Positions 36,802-45,185 of a stretch of DNA of 64,000 bases are shown in pieces. Below the pieces are notes generated by a model that saw nothing but the letters and a program-made list of their open reading frames with translations, made no database searches and had not been told where the DNA came from. Source of the DNA: a virus (taxonomy: Duplodnaviria > Caudoviricetes); IMG/VR virus record IMGVR_UViG_2861229971_000004, one strand, 5' to 3'. Position 1 is the first letter of the stretch. Every line of letters starts with the position of its first letter. The position numbers and the translations under genes were made by a program.

Positions 36802-37112
36802 CACGCGGGCCTCAGATCGACGGTCCAGACGAGCCGCTCGCGGTCGCGGACGGGCTCGCCCTGGATGAGGAAGGCGTCCCCGTCGATCTCGATACGGTCG
36901 CCGGGGCGCGGGTTCGCCACCTCGGCGACGCGCAGGTCGATGCGGGTGGTCTCGGACCAGAGCCGTGCGTCGCCGAAGTCGGTGACCGCGTCCGCGCGCC
37001 GGGCCACGACACGCACCAGTACGGGCGCGCCACCGTCGGCGATGTAGACCGCGTCCCGGCCGATATTCGGATCGGCGAAGAGCGCGCCAACGGCGGCGGC
37101 GAAGGCGCTCAT
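36801..37112 (-). CDS. Head-tail joining/closure protein
   Basis: 103 aa with a beta-rich pattern (PRPGDRIEIDG..FLIQGEP.RD.ERLVW); position after DUF2190. Confidence 0.75.
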   Translation of the reverse strand: MSAFAAAVGALFADPNIGRDAVYIADGGAPVLVRVVARRADAVTDFGDARLWSETTRIDLRVAEVANPRPGDRIEIDGDAFLIQGEPVRDRERLVWTVDLRPA

Positions 37113-37447
37113 CAGAACGTCGCGTTCAACCGCACCCGGCCGACGGTGTCACCCGCGCCGCTCGCCACCGCCTCGAACGCCACGCCGATGAGGATGTTGT
37201 CGGTTGCGACCGTGGTGCAGCGCTTGTTGGTGTCGTCCCAGTAGACCTTGGCGCCGACGGTCCAGGCCTGGCTGCCAACCTTGGTGATGTCGAAGACGCC
37301 GACGAGCGCGGTCTCGACGGGCTCGGCGAGGGCGGCGTCTCCGGCGGCGATGCCGAAGATGGAGCCGACGAGCAGCCCATCGCCGGAGGCGACGGCATAG
37401 GGCGCGGTCAGGGTGATGGTGTTGCCGGGCTGGACGTAGTTTTTCAT
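37112..37447 (-). CDS. DUF2190 family capsid-associated (decoration-like) protein
   Basis: MKNYVQPGNTITLTAP..VASG.G.LVG.IFG.A; follows the major capsid gene. Confidence 0.85.
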   Translation of the reverse strand: MKNYVQPGNTITLTAPYAVASGDGLLVGSIFGIAAGDAALAEPVETALVGVFDITKVGSQAWTVGAKVYWDDTNKRCTTVATDNILIGVAFEAVASGAGDTVGRVRLNATF

Positions 37448-37463
37448 GGGGAGGGTCCTCGTG

Positions 37464-37495
37464 GAAAGACGAAGGGCGGCCCGATTGGACCGCCC
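37464..37495 (-). terminator. Rho-independent terminator after the capsid gene
   Basis: - strand GGGCGGTCC-AATC-GGGCCGCCC followed by TTCGTCTTTC. Confidence 0.6.
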
Positions 37496-37524
37496 GCGTG
37501 TCAGGGTTCAGCATGGGGTGCGGG

Positions 37525-39582
37525 TTACGCGCCCGGGTTCTTGTAGAGGCCGCGCCAGTCGATGGCCTTGGCGCCGAAGTCGAGACGGCACTTGATCTCG
37601 ACGCCGTCGACGTCGAAACCGTTGCGGGTCTCGATGTAGGCACCCTGCTGGCCCTCGAGATAGGCGTACTCGATGGTGTCGATCTGGTTCGGGCTGGCCG
37701 CCAGGTACCACGCAGTCTCGCTGGCGGCGTCGAGCCGGGGCTCGCTGATCGGCGCGAGGGTGCGGATCGACTGCGGCACCACGTTCCCGCTGGACGCGGG
37801 CACGAGATTCTGGGCGACCAGCTGCTCGGCCTTCAGTTCCAGCGAGGCGGGCACGATCAGGAAGGCGGGGCGGACGTTCAGCACCGTCTTCTTGTCGAGG
37901 CCGGTCTGCTTGGCCATCGCTGCGCGCGCCGCGCCCACCGCATCGACCGCCAGCGCCGCGCCGGTGCCCGCGAGGTTCTTGTGGGTGGTGTGGAACAGCG
38001 CGTTGCCGTCGGCCATCGCCGGGTTGGCGGTGATGATGCCCCAGACCACATCCGACTCGAGCTGCGCGATGGAGTTGCCGTACATCGCCGGGATCCGCGT
38101 GAACGCGTCGAGATCGTCGTTGATCAGCGTCTGACGGGTGATCGCCACCACCCGGCCATAGGTCTTGACCTTGTAGCTCTCCTTGCTCTCGCCCAGCGTG
38201 CCGCGCTTGAACTCGCCGCTTTCGCCGACCTCGAGCAGCTGCGGCGCTTCGCCGAGCTGGACCCGGTGCATCGCCTTGAAGTCGGTGGCGAGCACCTGGC
38301 GGCAGAACAGCATGAAGGTGCGGGGATAGGCCTCGTAGGCCTGCCGCAGGGTCTTGTTGGTCACCGCCGACAGGATCTCGGGGAAGTCCGAGGTCGAATG
38401 CAGGGCCCGCGTCGCCACCTCGTCGCGCGAGAGGCCGCGCGTGTTCACCCCGGCATTGCCGAGGCTTTCGCGGGCCAGTTCCAGCAGCGTCATGCCGCGA
38501 TACTGCCGGGCGGCGTCCTCCAGCTGGAACAGCGTCGGGCTGTAGCGGTGCAGCAGCGCGTTCGCCACCGCGTCGCGGCGGGTGATGCGCTCGTCCCGGC
38601 CGCCGAGCGGGACGGAGACATGGCCGAAGGTCCGGGTCTCGTCCGACTTCGCGGCGACCTGGTCGAGGATCAGGCGGCGGGATTCGTCGACGCTGACGCC
38701 GCGCTTGACCAGATCATCGGCAAAGCCGCGCTCGAGGTTCAGGCGGCCCGCGAGATCGTAGATGGTGGAGACGCGGTCGCGCTCGGCCTCGCGGGCGCGG
38801 GTGGCAACCGCTTCGGTGTCGGGCGCAGGCGTTGCCTGCGTCTTCGGCTGGTCGCGCGTCTCACTGGCGGCGACCTTCGGGTCGGGCGCAGCCGGTTTCG
38901 GCTCGGTCATGGTGGTGTCCTCGGTTTCGACCGGCGCGGTCGGCTGGGTGGTGGCGGGGGTTGCGGCGTCGCTCGCCGGGGTCTGGGTCTTGTCGGTCAT
39001 CGGGATCGGTCCTTTCGTGCTTGAAGGGGCGTCCCGGCGGTGGAGGACGCAGTCGTGAAGGGGATGCTGGGCGCGGAAGCCCGCGGCGGGGTCGGCGCCG
39101 ACCGCGACGGCGGACACCTCGAACGGCGTCCAATCCACCGCGCGCCAGAGTTCGCGGGCGGCCTCGGGTTTCGAGACCTCGAAGCGGTGGACCTGGTAGC
39201 CGATGGAGACCGCGCGGATGTGCCCGTCCTGGATGTCGCGCCAGATCGGCTCGACATCGGCACGCTCGCTGATCCGCACCAGCGCGATGCCGCGGCCGTT
39301 CTCGATCCGGGCCGAGCCCGGCACGACGGAGCCGATCACCGCGTCGAGCGTGTCGAGCTCGTGCACCTTGAGGAACGGCGCGCCCGCGTTCAGCCGGTCG
39401 AGCCGGACATGGGCGGGATCGAGGCTCAGCTCCTCGTCGTAGGGCTCCCCGAAGAATGTCGCGCGCCGGACGCGCGCCCCCGCCGACCAGACCACCTCGA
39501 CGGTGCGGCTGTCGGCATCGGCCGTGTTCGGCGCAAGCTCCGCCGACCGGCGCATGGCCGGCAGTTCGATCATCGTGTCCAT
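37525..39582 (-). CDS. Prohead protease-major capsid fusion protein
   Basis: N-terminal protease (PFLKVH, VSIGY, EVSAV), a Thr/Pro-rich linker, and a C-terminal capsid domain (HSTSDFP.IL, TYGR...ITRQ.LINDDL, CRLDFGAKAIDWRG). Confidence 0.9.
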   Translation of the reverse strand: MDTMIELPAMRRSAELAPNTADADSRTVEVVWSAGARVRRATFFGEPYDEELSLDPAHVRLDRLNAGAPFLKVHELDTLDAVIGSVVPGSARIENGRGIALVRISERADVEPIWRDIQDGHIRAVSIGYQVHRFEVSKPEAARELWRAVDWTPFEVSAVAVGADPAAGFRAQHPLHDCVLHRRDAPSSTKGPIPMTDKTQTPASDAATPATTQPTAPVETEDTTMTEPKPAAPDPKVAASETRDQPKTQATPAPDTEAVATRAREAERDRVSTIYDLAGRLNLERGFADDLVKRGVSVDESRRLILDQVAAKSDETRTFGHVSVPLGGRDERITRRDAVANALLHRYSPTLFQLEDAARQYRGMTLLELARESLGNAGVNTRGLSRDEVATRALHSTSDFPEILSAVTNKTLRQAYEAYPRTFMLFCRQVLATDFKAMHRVQLGEAPQLLEVGESGEFKRGTLGESKESYKVKTYGRVVAITRQTLINDDLDAFTRIPAMYGNSIAQLESDVVWGIITANPAMADGNALFHTTHKNLAGTGAALAVDAVGAARAAMAKQTGLDKKTVLNVRPAFLIVPASLELKAEQLVAQNLVPASSGNVVPQSIRTLAPISEPRLDAASETAWYLAASPNQIDTIEYAYLEGQQGAYIETRNGFDVDGVEIKCRLDFGAKAIDWRGLYKNPGA

Positions 39583-39587
39583 GAAGG

Positions 39588-41147
39588 TCAGTCCTGTTGG
39601 TCGGCCTGCGCCGGGTCATTGTCCGCGTTGGCGGCCGGGTCGTCGGTGTCCGTTTCGTCGGCGGCCGGGTCGTCGTTCGTCGGATCGCTGCTCTGCGCGC
39701 TGCCGGTCTTGGTCACCCGCCGCGGATCGCTGTCGAGCACCAGCCCCAGCGCGTCCAGCTTGGCGTTGGTCGCGGCGATTTCCGCCAGGACCGCGTCCGG
39801 ATTGCGGCCCTGCCGGGCGATCACCTCGGCCAACGTCATGGTGCCGGAGCGGATCGACAGCAGGTTCGCCATCGCGTCCTTTTGCGGATCCACCGCCTCG
39901 AACTTGGGCGGCGACCATTCCACCGGCACGGTCGGCGACGGGATCTGCCCCGCCGCCCATGCGGCTTCGGTGAACCAGCGCCAGACCGGCGCGCAGAACA
40001 TCGGGATGAAGAGCTGCCATTGGACGGCGTCGATCTGGCGGCGGAACTCGACCAGCCCCGCCCGGATCGAGGAGTAGTTCACCTGGGACAGGTCCCCGGT
40101 CAGCAGCTCGTAGGGCACCCGGAAGCCGGCCGAGATCGTGTGCAGGCTGGCCCGCTTGTACTCGCCATAGCCGCCGGTGGCCGAGGGCTGGTTGAAGCGG
40201 ATGTCCTTGCCGCCGCGCGCATAGGCGATCAGCCCCGGCTCGAACTGCTCGACCCGGTTGCCGTCGGCATCGACCACGGAGGGCGCGATGCCCTGCTGCG
40301 CCTCGTCGTCGCCGAAGACGATGGCGGTGACGCAGGCCTCGGTCTTCTTGCGGACCAGTTCGGCTACTTCATAGTCGTCGAGATCGCGCAAGGACCGGAT
40401 CACCGGCGCGCCCCAAGGGACGCCGCGCGCCTGCGTGCGCTGCTTCTCGTAGACATGGGCGATCTCGGTCGCGGGGACCGGGCGGCTCTGCAGACCGTTC
40501 TGCAAGGCCCCATAGGCGTCGCCGGGATGTTCGGCATGGAGCCAGTAAGCCCGGCGCTTCCCGACCGGGTCGAACTCGATCCCCTGCACGAGGCGGCCTG
40601 CGCCGAGGGCTCCGGACTTGGTGGCGTCGAGGAAGTCCGCTTCCAGCACCTGCAACTGCAGCGGCACCGGCAGGGCATCGCTCGACCGCCGCAGCCTGCG
40701 CCGCACCAGCACCTCGCCCGCCTCGACCATCTCGCGGCAGATCAGCGTCTGCAGACCGTAGAAGTCGAGCTGGCCGTCGGCGTCGCACTCCGCCGTCCAG
40801 CGCTCGAAGAGAGCATCGACCTTCCGGTCGAGCTTGTCGTCGCCGCTGGCGGCGCGCGGCATGATGCCCGCGCCGATGATGTTGTTCACCAGCACCGCCA
40901 CGGCCTTGGCCGCATGCGGGTTGTTGCGCACCAGATCGCGCATCCGGTCGCGCAGCAGCGCCCCGGCCACGCCAATCTCGGTATCGGCCGAGGATCCCGG
41001 CGCGCGCCAGCCCTCCGTCCGCCGCCCGCGTGCAGCGCCGTCATAGCCCCGCGTCAGGGTCTCGAAGGCCTGACGCGCCAGCACGCGACGCGCGGCCATG
41101 CGCGGCGCCACCGATGCGATGGCGTGATCGAACCAGGTCGCCGACAT
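39588..41147 (-). CDS. Lambda-family portal protein
   Basis: LRDRMRDLVRNNPHA, QARGVPW, GDLSQVNYSSIRAGL, VDPQKD. Confidence 0.92.
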   Translation of the reverse strand: MSATWFDHAIASVAPRMAARRVLARQAFETLTRGYDGAARGRRTEGWRAPGSSADTEIGVAGALLRDRMRDLVRNNPHAAKAVAVLVNNIIGAGIMPRAASGDDKLDRKVDALFERWTAECDADGQLDFYGLQTLICREMVEAGEVLVRRRLRRSSDALPVPLQLQVLEADFLDATKSGALGAGRLVQGIEFDPVGKRRAYWLHAEHPGDAYGALQNGLQSRPVPATEIAHVYEKQRTQARGVPWGAPVIRSLRDLDDYEVAELVRKKTEACVTAIVFGDDEAQQGIAPSVVDADGNRVEQFEPGLIAYARGGKDIRFNQPSATGGYGEYKRASLHTISAGFRVPYELLTGDLSQVNYSSIRAGLVEFRRQIDAVQWQLFIPMFCAPVWRWFTEAAWAAGQIPSPTVPVEWSPPKFEAVDPQKDAMANLLSIRSGTMTLAEVIARQGRNPDAVLAEIAATNAKLDALGLVLDSDPRRVTKTGSAQSSDPTNDDPAADETDTDDPAANADNDPAQADQQD

Positions 41148-41356
41148 CAGCGATCCCCGCGCGAGAAGCCTGCGAGCCCGGCCACGGGCAGCGGCCGTGT
41201 GGTGCCCGCGATGGCGCGCTCGATGGTGCGGATGCGCGCCAGAAGATCCTCGGCCGAGCCGTAGTCCACCGACTTGCCGTCATAGCTGACCCGGGTCGTG
41301 CCGCTGGCATAGGCCCGGCGCAGCGCCGAGAGCTCGGTTTCCGTCCAGTCGGTCAT
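41147..41356 (-). CDS. gpW-like head-tail joining protein
   Basis: MTDWTETELSALRRAYASGTTRVSYDGKSVDY; lies between terminase and portal as in lambda. Confidence 0.8.
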   Translation of the reverse strand: MTDWTETELSALRRAYASGTTRVSYDGKSVDYGSAEDLLARIRTIERAIAGTTRPLPVAGLAGFSRGDR

Positions 41357-41358
41357 CT

Positions 41359-43365
41359 TCAGAACCATCCTCCGCGCCGCCCGAGCCAGTCGGAGCGGCG
41401 CTTGCCCTGCGGGGCCTGTCCCGGCCGGTTGATCTGTCCGGCGGGATCGGTGTCGGTGGGGGCGGCCCCGAGCTGATCCTCGAGGTCGCGCCATTTCTCG
41501 TCGGGCCAGCGGTCCGCGCCCGCGATCCAGGCGGCGGCGCGGGCATAGACCCGGCAATCCAGCGCCTCGTTGCGTTCGCGGAGCTTCTGCCATTCCAGCC
41601 GGGCGAAGCCGCGCTTGGTGCGCACCGTCACCAGCTGCTCGGCCACGAACTGCTTCAGCCATTCGTTCTCGACCCAATGCGGAAGGTGCACCGAGCCGGG
41701 CGGGAACGCCGCGCCTTCGGCCATCTCCTCCTCGGTTGGCCGCGCCAGCCGCAGGAAGCGGTAGGTCTCGGCCTTGAAGGTCGACACCGCCACGGTCCAG
41801 AGCCGCGCCCCGCGCCGCAGGCGTTTCCCGCCCTCGGTCGCGTCGACGAAGGTCGGCCCAGACACCGGGCTCGAGCGGTTGAACCCTTCGACGCCCTTGA
41901 CCGGCGAGACCTGCGCGAAGCCTTGCGCCCGCGACCAGGAATAGACCGCCGGGGCCTCGTAGCCGGTATCGATGGCGAGCCGCGCGATCCGCAGTTGCGC
42001 GCCGCGTTCATGCGGCCAGGACCGGTCGAGCAGCGCGGTCAGCTCCGACCATGCGTCATGCCGATCCGGCCCGCCCTCGATCACGACGTGATCGACGAGC
42101 CAGCTTTCCAGACCACGCCCCCATGCCCAGACATCGACCTCGATCCGGTCCTTCTGCACGTCGGCCCCGGCGGTCAGGAACAGCCCGCCCGCAGGCACCG
42201 TTCCGGATGTCCACCTCTCGCGTCGGTCGTAGAGCCGCTGCCAGTCGGGGGCTTCCCCGGTTTCGACCCATGTCTCGCCGAGGATCGTGTTGCGGAACGC
42301 CTTGATCGCCTCGTCCGACCCTTGGGCCGCGTCCCAAGCCCGCACGATCCGCTCCCAGCTCAGCCAGCCGATCGGCGAATAGAGCGCCGAGAGGTGATAC
42401 CCGACCGTGGTCGGATCGGCGGCCGTGGCGGTCGCCCGCCATTCGCCGCCCTCCAGCATCGCCGTCTTGTGGTGTTCCGCGATTGCCGCGTCGCAGCCCT
42501 CGCAGTGATACTCCGCCGTCTCCGGGCGGCCCTTCTGCCAGCGCAGCCTGTCGAACTTCAGCCACTGCATCGCGCCGCAATGCGGGCACGGCACGAAGAA
42601 CCGGCGCTGGTCGGATGCCTCGTACTCGCGCTCGATCCGGCTCAGACCCCGGATCGTCGGCGTCGAGACCAGCAGCACCTTGCGCCGATGCGCGAAGGTC
42701 AGCGACCGCGCCTCGGCAAGTGTCACCGGATCGCCTTCCTCGTCGGCCGAGGCCGGATAGGCGTCGACCTCGTCGAGGAAGATGTACCGCGCCGGGGTGG
42801 ACCGCAGCCCGACCGCCGAGTTCGCCCCGGTCATGATCAGGATGCCGCCCGCGAACTCCTTCGACAGCATCGTGTTGCCCGCGTCGCGCGAGCGCGCCGG
42901 TTTGACCCGCTCCCGCAGCTCCGGGCTCTCGTCGATCAGCGGATCGATCCGCTGCCGAGAGTTGCGTTTCGCCAGCTCCACCGTCGGCTGGACCGCCAGC
43001 ATCGGCCCGGGCGCCTGATGGATGGCGAACCCGATCCAGTTGTTCCCGGCTTCGGTCGCGCCGACCTGCGCGGCCTTCATGAACACGACCCGCTGCGTGG
43101 GGTCGCCGGGCGACAGCCGGTCCATGATCTCGCGCATGTAGGGCGTGCGCACCGTGCGGTATCGCCCGGGCTCGGCCGAGGCGCGGCCCGAGAGCATCCG
43201 GTGCCGGTCCGCCCATTCCGAAACGGTCAGGTCTGGGTCGGGCCGCAGCCCTGCGCCCCAGGCGCGCAGGATCTCGCCCGCACCGTCGAAGTCCGTCAGG
43301 CCATCGCCGCTCTCACCGGAAGTCGGGCCGGACCTCGGCGAGCTCAATGAGGTGGGCGCGTACAT
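41359..43365 (-). CDS. Terminase large subunit (lambda gpA family); start codon uncertain
   Basis: VFMKAAQVGATE, YIFLDEVDAY, VSTPT, PCPHCG/CEGC, AGADVQKDR, RNEALDCRVYA. Confidence 0.92.
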   Translation of the reverse strand: MYAPTSLSSPRSGPTSGESGDGLTDFDGAGEILRAWGAGLRPDPDLTVSEWADRHRMLSGRASAEPGRYRTVRTPYMREIMDRLSPGDPTQRVVFMKAAQVGATEAGNNWIGFAIHQAPGPMLAVQPTVELAKRNSRQRIDPLIDESPELRERVKPARSRDAGNTMLSKEFAGGILIMTGANSAVGLRSTPARYIFLDEVDAYPASADEEGDPVTLAEARSLTFAHRRKVLLVSTPTIRGLSRIEREYEASDQRRFFVPCPHCGAMQWLKFDRLRWQKGRPETAEYHCEGCDAAIAEHHKTAMLEGGEWRATATAADPTTVGYHLSALYSPIGWLSWERIVRAWDAAQGSDEAIKAFRNTILGETWVETGEAPDWQRLYDRRERWTSGTVPAGGLFLTAGADVQKDRIEVDVWAWGRGLESWLVDHVVIEGGPDRHDAWSELTALLDRSWPHERGAQLRIARLAIDTGYEAPAVYSWSRAQGFAQVSPVKGVEGFNRSSPVSGPTFVDATEGGKRLRRGARLWTVAVSTFKAETYRFLRLARPTEEEMAEGAAFPPGSVHLPHWVENEWLKQFVAEQLVTVRTKRGFARLEWQKLRERNEALDCRVYARAAAWIAGADRWPDEKWRDLEDQLGAAPTDTDPAGQINRPGQAPQGKRRSDWLGRRGGWF

Positions 43366-43909
43366 GTTTCTCCAGGACCTTCTGCATCGCGGCGGACTCC
43401 ACGGCGATCTGCTGGCCCGTCGCGTCGCTGCTCGAGGCCGAGAGCTCTGCCGCCATCAGCGCGGCGGCGCGCGCGGGCCAGTTCACCCATGCGTCCCGTT
43501 CCTCCCGCGCCAGCCGGAACACCAGCGCCAGCGCGCGGGCCCGCTCGATCAACTCCCCCTTCAGCTTCTGGAGCCGGATGCGCCGCTCCTGCGCCTTCAG
43601 CACCTCGTTCGCGGTCTTCGCCTGCAGGAAGGTCGCCCCGCCGCCGACGGCGGGGACTGCCAGCCCCTGTTCGCGCAGCGTGTCGCCGACGGCGGCCACC
43701 GCCGCTTCGGGAACGGGCTTCAGCTTCGGCGCGGGCGGCTTGCGGGTCTTTGATGGGTCCGTCGTCTCGGCACGCCGGGCGTCGCTGGCGGCCGCGTTGA
43801 TGCTGCCATCGGGATAGAGAACCAGCCGCTCGGCGGTCTTCGCCTTCTGGATCGCGCCACGCGACAACCCGACATGCGCGGCGTACTGGCGCTCGCTCAT
43901 GCCCTGCAT
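43313..43909 (-). CDS. Terminase small subunit-like protein with an N-terminal HTH
   Basis: MSERQYAAHVGLSRGAIQKAK HTH and a coiled-coil LQKLKGELI; directly upstream of terL. Confidence 0.75.
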   Translation of the reverse strand: MQGMSERQYAAHVGLSRGAIQKAKTAERLVLYPDGSINAAASDARRAETTDPSKTRKPPAPKLKPVPEAAVAAVGDTLREQGLAVPAVGGGATFLQAKTANEVLKAQERRIRLQKLKGELIERARALALVFRLAREERDAWVNWPARAAALMAAELSASSSDATGQQIAVESAAMQKVLEKHVRAHLIELAEVRPDFR

Positions 43910-43940
43910 CGACGGCTCCGATTATCATTCCGAATCATGT

Positions 43941-43959
43941 GCTTATCGAGTTGATAAGC
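43941..43959. promoter_or_regulatory. Inverted repeat in the divergent intergenic region
   Basis: GCTTATC-GAGTT-GATAAGC overlapping a TTGATA hexamer, between terS (-) and the 74-aa ORF (+). Confidence 0.45.
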
Positions 43960-44020
43960 GTCGCGACCGGAGCGAACGTCACTCCAACGAAGCGATGCAA
44001 CTCACAAAGGAGCCACCCCG

Positions 44021-44245
44021 ATGACCCGCCGCGCGACCGACAACACGAAAGCCCTCGACGCCTTCATCGCCGCGAAGACCGAGATCGACGCGATGCTGGA
44101 GCGGCTCGCCGCCCTCAGCGCGGAGCATTTCGAGACCCACCCCGACGAGATCAACTGGGGCCATGTCGGCACCCTCAACCACTACCGCGCCAAGCTGCGC
44201 GAGATCACCGACAGCGCCTTCAAGGAAGGCGAATACGCCGAATGA
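44021..44245 (+). CDS. Conserved small phage protein (74 aa), opposite strand to the late operon
   Basis: AAGGAG RBS; ALDAFIAAKTEIDAMLERL...PDEINWGHVGTL. Confidence 0.7.
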   Translation: MTRRATDNTKALDAFIAAKTEIDAMLERLAALSAEHFETHPDEINWGHVGTLNHYRAKLREITDSAFKEGEYAE

Positions 44246-44335
44246 GACGACCCGGTCCCGGTCCCGCCCGCCGACTGGCGGGCTCGACCTCGTAGAAGGG
44301 CCCGCATTCCGCGCGCCCCGATACGGGAGACGACG

Positions 44336-44908
44336 ATGACCAAGCTTTCCGACACCCAAGCCCTGATCCTGAGCGCCGCCGCCCAGCGGCACGAGCACAT
44401 CGCCCTGCCGCTGCCCGAGAGCCTGCGCGGCGGAGCTGCCGCCAAGGTGGTCGGCGCGATGCTCGCGAAGGGGTTCCTGCAGGAGGCCGACGCGGACATG
44501 CGCAAGGGCGAGCTCGTCTGGCGCGAGACCGGCGACGGCCACGGCGTCACACTGATCGCCACCGAGGCAGGCCTCGCCGCCATCGGGATCGAGCCCGAGG
44601 ACGCGAACCTCGCGCCTGCGGGCGCGACGGACGCGCCGACCAAGGAGCCCGCGCCTGATACCCCCACCGGGGCCGAGACCGCGCGCAAGATGCGCACGCC
44701 GCGCGAGGGCACCAAGCAGGCCACGCTGATCGCCATACTGCGCGCGCCGGACGGCGCGACCATCGACGAGATCATGGCCGCGACGGGCTGGCAGTCGCAC
44801 ACGGTGCGCGGCGCGATGGCCGGGGCGCTGAAGAAGAAACTCGGGCTCGAGGTGACCTCGGAGAAGGTCGAGAACCGGGGGCGCGTGTACAAACTCCCCG
44901 CAGCCTGA
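44336..44908 (+). CDS. DUF3489 domain protein (C-terminal winged HTH)
   Basis: TKQATLIAILRAPDGATIDEIMAATGWQSHTVRGAMAGALKKKLGL. Confidence 0.85.
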   Translation: MTKLSDTQALILSAAAQRHEHIALPLPESLRGGAAAKVVGAMLAKGFLQEADADMRKGELVWRETGDGHGVTLIATEAGLAAIGIEPEDANLAPAGATDAPTKEPAPDTPTGAETARKMRTPREGTKQATLIAILRAPDGATIDEIMAATGWQSHTVRGAMAGALKKKLGLEVTSEKVENRGRVYKLPAA

Positions 44909-44928
44909 CGCACCAGACCCGACAAGTT

Positions 44929-44961
44929 GATGGCCGCCGTCCCTCCGGGGCGGCGGTCGAT
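44929..44961. terminator. GC-rich hairpin between convergent genes
   Basis: GGCCGCCGTCCC-TCC-GGGGCGGCGGTC. Confidence 0.5.
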
Positions 44962-45185
44962 CATTTGGCGGTCCGCATCCGGATCGCCTCGAACACCCGC
45001 CGCAAGGCGAAGGAACGCGCTATCGACACGATGGTGAAGATGGCGCCCATCTTCAGGTTCTGCGCCAGCGTCGTGTGCAGGCCGAAGATCGGGAAGATCA
45101 GGATCTGCGTCATGACCGCGACGCCGTAGCCGACGATCACGTTGGCGACGGACTCGACCAGCGACATGAGGCGTGATTGCTTCAT
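44961..45185 (-). CDS. Small two-TM phage protein
   Basis: MKQSRLMSLVES.ANVIVGY...; its ATG overlaps the stop of the hidden beta ORF (ATGA). Confidence 0.75.
   Translation of the reverse strand: MKQSRLMSLVESVANVIVGYGVAVMTQILIFPIFGLHTTLAQNLKMGAIFTIVSIARSFALRRVFEAIRMRTAK

Noticed and set aside
20715-43909. Calling the element a gene transfer agent
   Set aside because: It has an integrase, replication genes, a lambda-type terminase/portal and a long tape measure. Only the tail tip is GTA-like.
43914-43922. GGCTCCGAT matching the triple repeat at 58149-58191
   Set aside because: On the coding strand it is simply the GGAG ribosome-binding site of terS.
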